From NCBI GenBank assembly GCA_049606355.1, contig JBMYVL010000003.1, forward strand, positions 210,001 to 242,000: a stretch of DNA of 32,000 nt, read 5' to 3'. The notes beneath the pieces are model-generated. The model was not told the DNA's origin. It saw nothing but the letters and a program-made list of their open reading frames with translations, and searched no databases. The DNA is from Opitutales bacterium. GTDB taxonomy: Bacteria > Verrucomicrobiota > Verrucomicrobiia > Opitutales > Coraliomargaritaceae. Within the stretch, counting starts at the first letter, position 1; each line of letters begins with the position of its first letter. Both the position numbers and the translations under genes were made by a program. Of the stretch, positions 25,112 to 32,000 are shown one piece after another.

Positions 25112-26048
25112 AGCCTTGCAGGACTGCCGCGCCGTCGAGGTGTTGGAGCGTTCACTCAATCGCGAGCGGCTGGGCCATGGTATTTTACTTCATGGGGAAA
25201 GCCTCGATGATCTGGAGCATATTGTCCGCGCGATTGCCGCCAATCGCCTCGAGACGCCACGCGACCCCTATACCCATCCCGATTGCTTCACCCTCAGACC
25301 GAGCGGTAAAGCGCGCATGATCCGCATCGGCACCGGCCCCGAAGAGTCCAACACCATGCGTAAGTTGGTGATTGATGTACAGAAATCCTCGAATCAAGGC
25401 GGCCGCAAAGTAGGCATCATTTTTGAGGCCGACCGCATGAATGTGCAATCAGCCAATGCCTTCCTCAAAACACTTGAAGAACCGCCCGCGGGCACAACCC
25501 TCTTCCTACTCACCACGCGTCCCTACGACCTGCTGGATACCATTCGAAGTCGTTGCCTCAACTTTCGGGTACCGAGTCAGGCGGATCGGATCGAGCACAC
25601 GGCTTGGGCCACCTGGATTACGGATTATCGCAATTGGCTGGGCATGCTCCTGAAAGGCCCCAACAAACAAAGTATTCCACACATCATGCTTGGCGCCTAT
25701 GGGCTGATGAGCCGCTTCCAGTCGATTCTGGCCGAATTGACTCAAAGCGCTTGGAGCGCCCACAAAGCGCAACTGCCCGAACAAGTCACCAACGACGAAA
25801 AGGATGCCATGGAGGCGGGCCTCAGTCGTGGCTACCGCAAACAACTTTTTGCCGAAATTGAAAAATTAACCGCCGGTTATTGCCGAGATGTCGAGCAGCT
25901 CAACCCAGGCCGATTGCCGGTGCGCGCGCAAAATCGGGCCATTCAGGCACTGGAGCACAGCGCCGCTTTACTCGAACTCAACTTCAACCAAGCCACCGCG
26001 CTTGAACTTTTTTTCCTCCAGTCGCTGCGTATCTGGACTGCGAAATAA
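25086..26048 (+). CDS. holB: DNA polymerase III delta-prime subunit
   Basis: I prefer the ATG at 25086, which overlaps the tmk end by 26 nt; the ORF is open from 24930. The N-terminus LPEALQDCRAVEVLERSLNRERLGHGILLHG aligns with the usual HolB start. The AAA+-like SANAFLKTLEEPP and T(R)SRC sensor motif (IRSRCLNF) are present. tmk-holB is a common gene pair. Confidence 0.88.
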   Translation: MSLRSALPEALQDCRAVEVLERSLNRERLGHGILLHGESLDDLEHIVRAIAANRLETPRDPYTHPDCFTLRPSGKARMIRIGTGPEESNTMRKLVIDVQKSSNQGGRKVGIIFEADRMNVQSANAFLKTLEEPPAGTTLFLLTTRPYDLLDTIRSRCLNFRVPSQADRIEHTAWATWITDYRNWLGMLLKGPNKQSIPHIMLGAYGLMSRFQSILAELTQSAWSAHKAQLPEQVTNDEKDAMEAGLSRGYRKQLFAEIEKLTAGYCRDVEQLNPGRLPVRAQNRAIQALEHSAALLELNFNQATALELFFLQSLRIWTAK

Positions 26049-26080
26049 ATTAACGTCACCACCCATTCGTCCCAATTATT

Positions 26081-26725
26081 ATGTGCGGCCGTTACACACT
26101 TCATCTTCAGCCAGAAAGCCTCGCAGACGCCATTGCTACAGCGATCCCAGCCGACTACGCACCGAGCTATAACATCGGCCCTGGTACCGAGATCCTTTCC
26201 CGCACCGCCGAAACAGTAGCGCGGATGCACTGGGGCCTGCGTACGCCGCAGAATTTCCACATCAATGCCCGCCTCGAAACAGCCGATGCCACCCCCCGCT
26301 TCCGTGACAGCTGGGAAGAGCACCGCTGCCTGATTCCGGCCAATGGGTTTTATGAATGGCTCAACGATGGTGTGCGCAAACAGCCCTACTACATCTACCC
26401 CTCTCAGGCAGAGCTGCTTTATTTCGCCGGTCTATGGATGCCTGCAACTCAACCCGAACAGCTCGCACAGTGCGTCATTTTGACCACCGATGCCCCCGAA
26501 AGTGTCAAAGCAATCCATCCGCGCATGCCGGTACTGTTGCCGAATGAGGTGCATTCCGAGTGGCTGGAAAACCGCCTATCCAAAGCAGATGCCAATACCT
26601 GTGCGCAACAAGTTGCCCTCGACAAGCACACGGTTAGCAGCCGCGTCAACGCCATGCAGAATGACGACAGTAAACTGATCGTGGCGACGACCCCACTGAC
26701 CGACGATCAGCTACAGTTGTTCTGA
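26081..26725 (+). CDS. SOS-response-associated peptidase (SRAP/YedK-like abasic-site processing protein)
   Basis: 214-aa ORF starting MCGRY (catalytic Cys2). It has the SYNIGPG and IPANGFYEW motifs and a conserved His region (IHPRMPVLL). Confidence 0.9.
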   Translation: MCGRYTLHLQPESLADAIATAIPADYAPSYNIGPGTEILSRTAETVARMHWGLRTPQNFHINARLETADATPRFRDSWEEHRCLIPANGFYEWLNDGVRKQPYYIYPSQAELLYFAGLWMPATQPEQLAQCVILTTDAPESVKAIHPRMPVLLPNEVHSEWLENRLSKADANTCAQQVALDKHTVSSRVNAMQNDDSKLIVATTPLTDDQLQLF

Positions 26726-26740
26726 TCACGAGCTGAGACA

Positions 26741-27340
26741 TTAGAATAGCTGGGGACTCGACAGCTGAAGCAAACGAACTTCTTCAGACCCATAAGGTCG
26801 GCAGGGGTAACTGAGTTGAGGCGTGTAGCTGCGTACGATCTTAAAGTCCTCAGCGAAATGTGCCTCCAGCGCTGCAGTTGAGATCGGATGTGGCGGACCC
26901 TGCCCCTCGTACCCGGCAACCACTCGAAAGAAAATTGCCAGAAAGTGTCCGCCTGGCTTGAGTGCGCGTCGAACCGAGCGCACATAATCGGCCCGCTGTT
27001 CTGGCTCCAGCGCACAAAAACAGGTGTGCTCCACCACCCAATCAAATTGGCCATGTAAATCGTCCGGTAAGGAGAGAAAATCACCGACACGATACCTGGC
27101 ATTGGGTAGCGCCGCAAAGCGCTGAGCAGCCTCAAGCGCGCCCTCAGCCAGATCCAAGCCCAGCACGTTCGCGCCCTGTTTTGCCAATAAGCGTACATCA
27201 TGCCCTGCCCCCGAACCCGGTACCAATACCTTGCCGGCGATCTTTTGCGTACCCAGAAACTCCACCAACGGTGGCGCAGCCTCGCCTTTATCCCAAGGGG
27301 TGTCGCCCTTTGCATACGCCGCATTCCAATCCAGTGCCAT
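26741..27340 (-). CDS. SAM-dependent methyltransferase, TPMT / thiol-halide methyltransferase-like
   Basis: 199-aa ORF. The N-terminus is W-x-x-x-Y-x-x-GDTPWD. SAM motif I is VLVPGSGAGHDVRLLA and post-I is GLDLAEGAL. The ORF at 26707..27324 on the same strand in another frame is W/R-rich and I reject it. Confidence 0.85.
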   Translation of the reverse strand: MALDWNAAYAKGDTPWDKGEAAPPLVEFLGTQKIAGKVLVPGSGAGHDVRLLAKQGANVLGLDLAEGALEAAQRFAALPNARYRVGDFLSLPDDLHGQFDWVVEHTCFCALEPEQRADYVRSVRRALKPGGHFLAIFFRVVAGYEGQGPPHPISTAALEAHFAEDFKIVRSYTPQLSYPCRPYGSEEVRLLQLSSPQLF

Positions 27341-27456
27341 GCCGCTAACCTGGCGAATTTACACCCAGTGACAACCCCGCGCTCGAATAAAGGTCGATCG
27401 CCAGAGCGACATCCTTGTTATTGCGCCAGTCCGTAAAAGGAGTTGCACTCTTCGAC

Positions 27457-28980
27457 ATGGAATCGGAATCACTCGCGCGCACACTGCGCCAGGAAATTGT
27501 TCTGGCGCGGCAACGCATTTATGCAGTGGGGCAGCGCACTCCCTTGGAGGCGATCCAGCTCGACGACTGCGCGGTTTTCATAAAGCGCGAAGATCTGTCG
27601 CCCATCCATGCCTACAAATGGCGCGGCGCTTACAATCGAATGGCGCAGCTCAATACCGACGAGCTCGCGCGTGGAGTCGTGACCGCCTCGGCGGGTAATC
27701 ATGCCCAAGGTGTTGCGCTCGCCGCGCAGAAGTTGGGCACTACCGCCACCATTTACATGCCACTTGCCACGCCACGCATGAAGCAAGCTGCCGTCAAACG
27801 GCATGGCGGAAATCAGGTTGAAATTAAACTCGTGGGCGACAGCTACGATGCCGCCAGCGCCGCGGCACACGACTATGCCGCGCGTCATGATAAAACCTAC
27901 ATTCATGCCTACGACTCAATCGCCGTGATGGCCGGGCAAGGGACGCTCGCCGATGAAATCGTCCTCTCCGAGCAAGGCCCTTTTGATGTGGCCTTCTTGC
28001 AGGTCGGCGGAGGCGGCTTGGCGGCAGCCACCGCTACCTGGTTGAAGCTCAATTTCCCGGACATTCGCATCATCGGTGTCGAGGGAGTCGGTCAGGCATC
28101 GATGGCGGCTGCAATTCAGGCGGGGCACCCCATCGCACTGGATCACGTCGATATTTTTTGCGACGGCACTGCGGTGCGTCAAGTGGGGGAACTCACCTAT
28201 TCCATTTGCAAGGAAGCAGTCGATGAATGGATGACGGTCAGCAATGATGAAGTCTCCGCAGCGATCCAATTCCTGTGGGAGGAATTGCGCTGCATCCCGG
28301 AGCCATCCGGTGCGATGGGGATGGCTGCGATCCTCAAGCGTCGCGAGCAGTTGCAGGGCCAACGCGTCCTTGCGGTTCTCTGCGGCGCCAACATGGATTT
28401 TGAACAATTGGCGACCATCGCCCGTCAAGCCGCTGTAGGCGCCTCCCGCCGCCGCTATTTACGCATCACCATCGCCGAGCAATCCGGAGCCATGCACACG
28501 CTACTCGAATCGCTTCCGGAGACGGTAAACATCGTTGATTTTCAGTATGGTAAAACCGACAGCAACGAGGCCCATCCCGTGATTGGCTTTGACGTCAACC
28601 CGCTACAATTCGAAGCACTCCGTGCGGCCCTCAAGCAAAACAGCTATCCAGCCACTGAAGTCACGACCGATAGCGATGTTCGCTTTCGCCTCATCCACTA
28701 TGAGTCGCGCCTGCTCGCGCATCCATTTTTCCTGACGCTCGAATTCCACGAGCGGCCCGGTGCACTCGCCGAGTTCCTGCGCGCGGTCAGTCCACATGCG
28801 AATTTGTGCTACTTCAACTATGTGTACTCCGGCGAACGTGTCGGGCGGGCCCTGCTAGGCTTTGAATTCGTCGATGCCGATGCCCAGGCACGATTCCCCG
28901 AGGTTTTGGCCTCCGCAGCACAGGCCTACCGCGCGTATACGCAAGTGGATGCCACTGTCCTGCAGCGCATCATACAATAA
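27457..28980 (+). CDS. ilvA: Biosynthetic threonine ammonia-lyase (threonine dehydratase) with a tandem C-terminal regulatory domain
   Basis: I prefer the ATG at 27457; an AAAGGAG lies about 15 nt upstream. The PLP-lysine motif is [18 protein letters not shown] and GGGGL glycine loops are present. The ~180-aa C-terminal ACT-like duplication is typical of the long IlvA form. Confidence 0.93.
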   Translation: MESESLARTLRQEIVLARQRIYAVGQRTPLEAIQLDDCAVFIKREDLSPIHAYKWRGAYNRMAQLNTDELARGVVTASAGNHAQGVALAAQKLGTTATIYMPLATPRMKQAAVKRHGGNQVEIKLVGDSYDAASAAAHDYAARHDKTYIHAYDSIAVMAGQGTLADEIVLSEQGPFDVAFLQVGGGGLAAATATWLKLNFPDIRIIGVEGVGQASMAAAIQAGHPIALDHVDIFCDGTAVRQVGELTYSICKEAVDEWMTVSNDEVSAAIQFLWEELRCIPEPSGAMGMAAILKRREQLQGQRVLAVLCGANMDFEQLATIARQAAVGASRRRYLRITIAEQSGAMHTLLESLPETVNIVDFQYGKTDSNEAHPVIGFDVNPLQFEALRAALKQNSYPATEVTTDSDVRFRLIHYESRLLAHPFFLTLEFHERPGALAEFLRAVSPHANLCYFNYVYSGERVGRALLGFEFVDADAQARFPEVLASAAQAYRAYTQVDATVLQRIIQ

Positions 28981-29017
28981 CTTGCGCGCGGGCGCCGTAC
29001 GACTGGGTGGATCGGCA

Positions 29018-29041
29018 AGCCAGCCACTGGCTGGGCTTTTA
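29018..29041 (+). terminator. Candidate rho-independent terminator after ilvA
   Basis: CCAGCC (29020-29025) pairs with GGCTGG (29029-29034) around a 3-nt loop. Two further outer pairs form across a 1-nt bulge. TTTT follows, counting the last paired T (29037-29040). The tight loop and short U-run lower my confidence. Confidence 0.4.
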
Positions 29042-29083
29042 TCCTGTCCAAATCGAGCATCCTCTTACAAAAGTACCTCAAGT

Positions 29084-30034
29084 ATGGAAACCGCACCACT
29101 CGTCTTTAACGCCCTGTTGCCAATCTGCGCGATGATTGGGCTTGGCTATCTTGCACGGCGTGTTGGTTGGTTGAATGCGACTGCCGACCACAGCCTGATG
29201 CGCCTGATCGTCAATCTGCTCTACCCCTGCCTGATTTTTAGCTTCATCCTGAATAATGAAGCGCTGCAACACGCCGAAAACATTGTGGCGCCACCCTTGT
29301 TCGGCTTCATCAGCATCGTCACTGGATTCGCCCTCGCAAGCGTCGTTGCACGCACGCTCAAACTCGGCAGCGACTCGGAATGTCGTACTTTTAGCTTCAG
29401 TTGCGGCATCTACAATTATGCCTATTTCGCGATTCCCATCACGACGCTGCTCTTCGATCGCGAAACCATTGGCGTACTCCTCGTCTACAATGTCGGGATT
29501 GAGGCAGCCATGTGGATTGTCGGCGTCGGCTCTATTCTGGCGGGCAAAGAATCCACAGGGCTCGCCAAGCGGATTTTCAATGGCCCTGTCCTCGCAATCT
29601 GTATTGCGGTTCCCGCCAATCTCCTCGGACTCGGGCAGCACCTGCCCTACGTTGCCACCGAATCGATGCAGCAACTCGGGCAATGCACGATCCCGCTTGG
29701 ATTACTCCTAATCGGTGCCACCTTCGCTGATTTAATCGGCGCGAACCAGCGTCTGCATACGATCGGTATCCCGGCAGCGGCTTGTCTGCTGCGTTTGCTG
29801 CTGCTGCCGATACTGATGCTCAGCGCTGCGTTCTTCCTACCCATCTCAACTGAACTGAAGCAGGTGATTCTCGTGCAGGCTGCCATGCCTTGTGGGGTCT
29901 TTCCGATTCTCCTCGCTCGCCATTACCACGGCGTTCCTGCAATCGCCTTTCAAGTTGCGCTGGCCACCATTGTATTGAGCTGCATCAGCATCCCCTTGTG
30001 GATTGGTTTCGGTAAAGATCTGCTAGGCTTCTAA
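29084..30034 (+). CDS. AEC-family (auxin efflux carrier / MdcF-like) membrane transporter
   Basis: I prefer the ATG at 29084 ([26 protein letters not shown], typical of the AEC N-terminus). The ORF extension back to 28862 overlaps ilvA and is not protein-like. The protein is about 316 aa and about 10 hydrophobic segments are visible. Confidence 0.88.
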   Translation: METAPLVFNALLPICAMIGLGYLARRVGWLNATADHSLMRLIVNLLYPCLIFSFILNNEALQHAENIVAPPLFGFISIVTGFALASVVARTLKLGSDSECRTFSFSCGIYNYAYFAIPITTLLFDRETIGVLLVYNVGIEAAMWIVGVGSILAGKESTGLAKRIFNGPVLAICIAVPANLLGLGQHLPYVATESMQQLGQCTIPLGLLLIGATFADLIGANQRLHTIGIPAAACLLRLLLLPILMLSAAFFLPISTELKQVILVQAAMPCGVFPILLARHYHGVPAIAFQVALATIVLSCISIPLWIGFGKDLLGF

Positions 30035-30104
30035 GGCAGCCGATTGCGAGCCAGCGCTCGCTTTCAAATTGCGCCGCCACCAAAAACTTTCAGCATGCAG
30101 CGCT

Positions 30105-30830
30105 ATGGCTCTTGCACAAAAATTTTTCGACACGTCCAATGCGCTGCAGGACAAGGTCTTTGCTGATAATGCGGACACCTTGCAAACCGCCGGCGAATGG
30201 ATCGCCAAGTCCATCGCGGCCGACGGAGTCCTGCACACCTTTGGCAGTGGCCACTCACAAATCCTCGCCGCCGAAATCGAACGCCGAGCGGGCGGCCTTG
30301 TCCCGGTAAGCAGCATCAACGACCCAGCTGATGGCTGGCCGGAGCAAATCGCCGGCTACGGCGCACGCCTGTTTCAGCGCTATGCATACCAATACGCGGT
30401 GCAAGCGGGCGATGTCGTGCTGGTGATTTCCAATTCAGGTCGTAATGCCAGCCCGATCGAGGTCGCTATCGAAGCACGGGCAGCGGGCCTCAAGGTGATC
30501 GCCATGACTTCGCTGGCGATGTCGCAAGCCACCTCCTCGCGCCACCCTACCGGCAAGAAGCTCTACGAACTCGCCGATCTCGTGCTCGACAACGGCGGCG
30601 TGCCGGGAGATGCCGCTATAGAGGCGCCCGGCTTCGCTCACAAAGTTGGACCGACCTCGACGATGAGTGGCGCCTTACTGCTCAACCTGCTGTCGATGGA
30701 GATCATCGAACACTTGATTGCACTCGGTGAGACGCCCCCCACCTACGTTAGCCAAAACGCGGATGGTGGTGCTGAACACAACGAAGCTCTCGCTCAAAAA
30801 TATAAGCATCGCATCCGCCGACCGATTTAA
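30105..30830 (+). CDS. SIS-domain protein (UPF0309-like sugar isomerase/phosphosugar-binding family)
   Basis: I prefer the ATG at 30105. Motifs present are [28 protein letters not shown] and [30 protein letters not shown], which is the layout I recall for the UPF0309 SIS family. Confidence 0.85.
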   Translation: MALAQKFFDTSNALQDKVFADNADTLQTAGEWIAKSIAADGVLHTFGSGHSQILAAEIERRAGGLVPVSSINDPADGWPEQIAGYGARLFQRYAYQYAVQAGDVVLVISNSGRNASPIEVAIEARAAGLKVIAMTSLAMSQATSSRHPTGKKLYELADLVLDNGGVPGDAAIEAPGFAHKVGPTSTMSGALLLNLLSMEIIEHLIALGETPPTYVSQNADGGAEHNEALAQKYKHRIRRPI

Positions 30831-31222
30831 CGCGATTGCAGCCGAATGGTATTCATACGATTGCTGCGGCAGATATCCATAACCGTCGTAATATGTTTGA
30901 GGGCCGCATCTTCGTCAGCCAGCAGTAATATCGGTAATTCGGGCGTCATTTGCCCCGCCAATTGAATTGCGGTCTGCAACTGCTCGACCTCCACTTGGCG
31001 ATCATTCAAATACAGCTCACCGTCAGGACTCACCGCGATGACAATTTGCTCAGTTATTGCATTCTCCCCGGCGGTTTCAATTTCAGGCGCAGTAATGTTC
31101 AGCGCACTCACATGCTTGAACTGCATGGTGACCAAGAAAAAGAACAGGAGTACTGTGAGCACATCGACCAACGGGACGATGTTGATCATCGGAGATCGGC
31201 GTCTGCGCTGAATCAAACTCAT
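30827..31222 (-). CDS. exbD: ExbD/TolR-family biopolymer transport protein (second copy)
   Basis: I prefer the ATG at 31222, 9 nt after the exbB2 stop; the track start at 31231 is a TTG. The [21 protein letters not shown] segment and a periplasmic domain are present. The stop codon overlaps the SIS gene stop on the opposite strand (TTAA, 30827-30830). Confidence 0.88.
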   Translation of the reverse strand: MSLIQRRRRSPMINIVPLVDVLTVLLFFFLVTMQFKHVSALNITAPEIETAGENAITEQIVIAVSPDGELYLNDRQVEVEQLQTAIQLAGQMTPELPILLLADEDAALKHITTVMDICRSNRMNTIRLQSR

Positions 31223-31231
31223 CCAATACAA

Positions 31232-31852
31232 TTACGCCGTGGTTTCAGTTGTTGCGGCCTCTGCCTGCTTGGCTTGCTCGCTCAGGCATTCAAGGCCGAC
31301 ACTGAGTTGGGCGGCAAGCGCCTCCACGCGGCGCAGCAAGTACGCATGGGCAGCCAGCGCAGGGATCGCAATCGCCAGACCTACGATCGTCGTGTTCAAT
31401 GCCAGGGCGATCCCTTTGATAAAGACTGCCGTATCCGGTAAACCCGTATCCGCTGAAAATCCGCCAAAGACCTGCGTCAATCCGATCACGGTACCGAGCA
31501 AGCCCAGCAGCGGTGCCGCACCAATCACGAATTCGAGTAAGAAAACACCGCGTTCCATACGACTCACTTCGAGACGGGCATATGCGTTGAGGGCTTCCGC
31601 ATCCGGACGACGTTCACGGTAAAAGGTGACGATACGACCACTCACCGACTGGAGATCGGCTGGCAACGTATCGACCCGCCCCGCAACAAATGCTTCGAGC
31701 ATGTGCACTGGCAGCACCCGCGACTGGCGCAAGGCCCACAATCGCTCTAGGGTTATCGTGGCCGCAATTAACGAGCATGCCGCTAGCGGATAGAGAAAAA
31801 TACCGACGTTGGTGAAGAGTTCCATCATGGATTGATGACGCAAAGCCAACAC
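31232..31852 (-). CDS. exbB: MotA/TolQ/ExbB-family proton channel (second copy)
   Basis: 206-aa ORF. The conserved core GAAPLLGLLGTVIGLTQVF...IALALNTTIVGLAIAIPA is present. The start is ambiguous. GGAGG lies immediately upstream of the GTG at 31852, which favours the TTG at 31849. In-frame ATGs are at 31828 and 31825. Confidence 0.85.
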   Translation of the reverse strand: MLALRHQSMMELFTNVGIFLYPLAACSLIAATITLERLWALRQSRVLPVHMLEAFVAGRVDTLPADLQSVSGRIVTFYRERRPDAEALNAYARLEVSRMERGVFLLEFVIGAAPLLGLLGTVIGLTQVFGGFSADTGLPDTAVFIKGIALALNTTIVGLAIAIPALAAHAYLLRRVEALAAQLSVGLECLSEQAKQAEAATTETTA

Positions 31853-31909
31853 GCCTCCGGGCCGAGAGGCAAGCCATCGCTGCGCACCACTCGGGCACGC
31901 GGCCAGCGC

Positions 31910-32000
31910 TTAAGCCTGCAGATAGGGCAATTGCCGGGCAACCCCCGCGACTGCATCGGCTCCCGACAGCAGTTCGTTCAATGGGTCATAAGCGCCACTC
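31910..32000 (-). CDS. Possible C-terminal fragment (29 codons) of an unidentified protein running off the right edge
   Basis: It is the only stop-free minus-strand frame here: ...SGAYDPLNELLSGADAVAGVARQLPYLQA*. It has the same orientation as exbB2 and lies 57 nt upstream of it. No motif is recognisable and a plus-strand frame is also open, so support is weak. Confidence 0.3.
   Translation of the reverse strand, partial: SGAYDPLNELLSGADAVAGVARQLPYLQA

Noticed and set aside
24491-25159. 222-aa minus-strand ORF
   Set aside because: It is antisense to tmk, which has a clear P-loop and motifs. The translation is Arg/Ala/Gly-rich with no recognisable domain. It is a shadow ORF.
26707-27324. 205-aa minus-strand ORF overlapping the methyltransferase in another frame
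   Set aside because: The alternative frame (26741..27340) gives clean SAM-methyltransferase motifs. This frame is Trp/Arg-rich (RHRWWSFWVRKR...) and implausible as a protein.
27916-28428. 170-aa minus-strand ORF inside ilvA
   Set aside because: It is antisense to ilvA, Arg/Asp/Gly-biased, and has no motifs. It is a shadow ORF.
28862-29083. 74-codon upstream extension of the AEC transporter ORF
   Set aside because: It overlaps the ilvA 3' end and the candidate terminator. The translation is Pro/Arg/Ser-rich junk. The transporter-like sequence begins exactly at the ATG at 29084.
29078-29683. 201-aa minus-strand ORF inside the AEC transporter gene
   Set aside because: It is antisense to a clearly hydrophobic multi-TM transporter frame. 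It is a shadow ORF.

Overview
This is mostly a core-genome window from a moderately GC-rich bacterium. The gene content resembles the PVC superphylum, for example Verrucomicrobiota, but I cannot verify the taxon without a database search. I support 33 protein-coding genes, two of them partial at the window edges. I saw no rRNA, tRNA, CRISPR array, transposase, integrase or phage gene. All family calls come from motifs read in the supplied translations and from memory; nothing was searched.

Gene order from left to right:
- the glycolytic operon gap-pgk-tpiA (minus strand)
- a membrane delta-9-type fatty-acid desaturase
- a roughly 10 kb alpha-glucan (glycogen) island. It holds a plus-strand operon of a DUF4912-like protein, a GH57 branching enzyme, a GT5 glycogen synthase with a long basic N-terminal extension, and a GH13 pullulanase-type debranching enzyme. 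Two further GH57 paralogs converge on it from the minus strand.
- mnmA and xth
- an isolated three-gene minor-pseudopilin operon (GspI/J/K-like)
- thiL-tsaE
- exbB-exbD-tonB-marR
- an atypical ribokinase-superfamily kinase
- tmk-holB
- an SRAP (YedK-like) protein
- a TPMT-like methyltransferase
- ilvA
- an AEC-family transporter
- a SIS-domain protein
- a second exbB-exbD pair

I found no clear-cut novel defence or mobile system. The best candidates for under-described biology are:
- the GH57-centred glycogen island, especially the uncharacterised DUF4912-like first gene, the Lys-rich disordered N-terminus on GlgA, and the two extra GH57 paralogs
- the orphan pseudopilin tip-complex operon, whose K-like protein has a beta-helix-like C-terminus

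Several small hairpins and inverted repeats in intergenic regions are reported at low interest.
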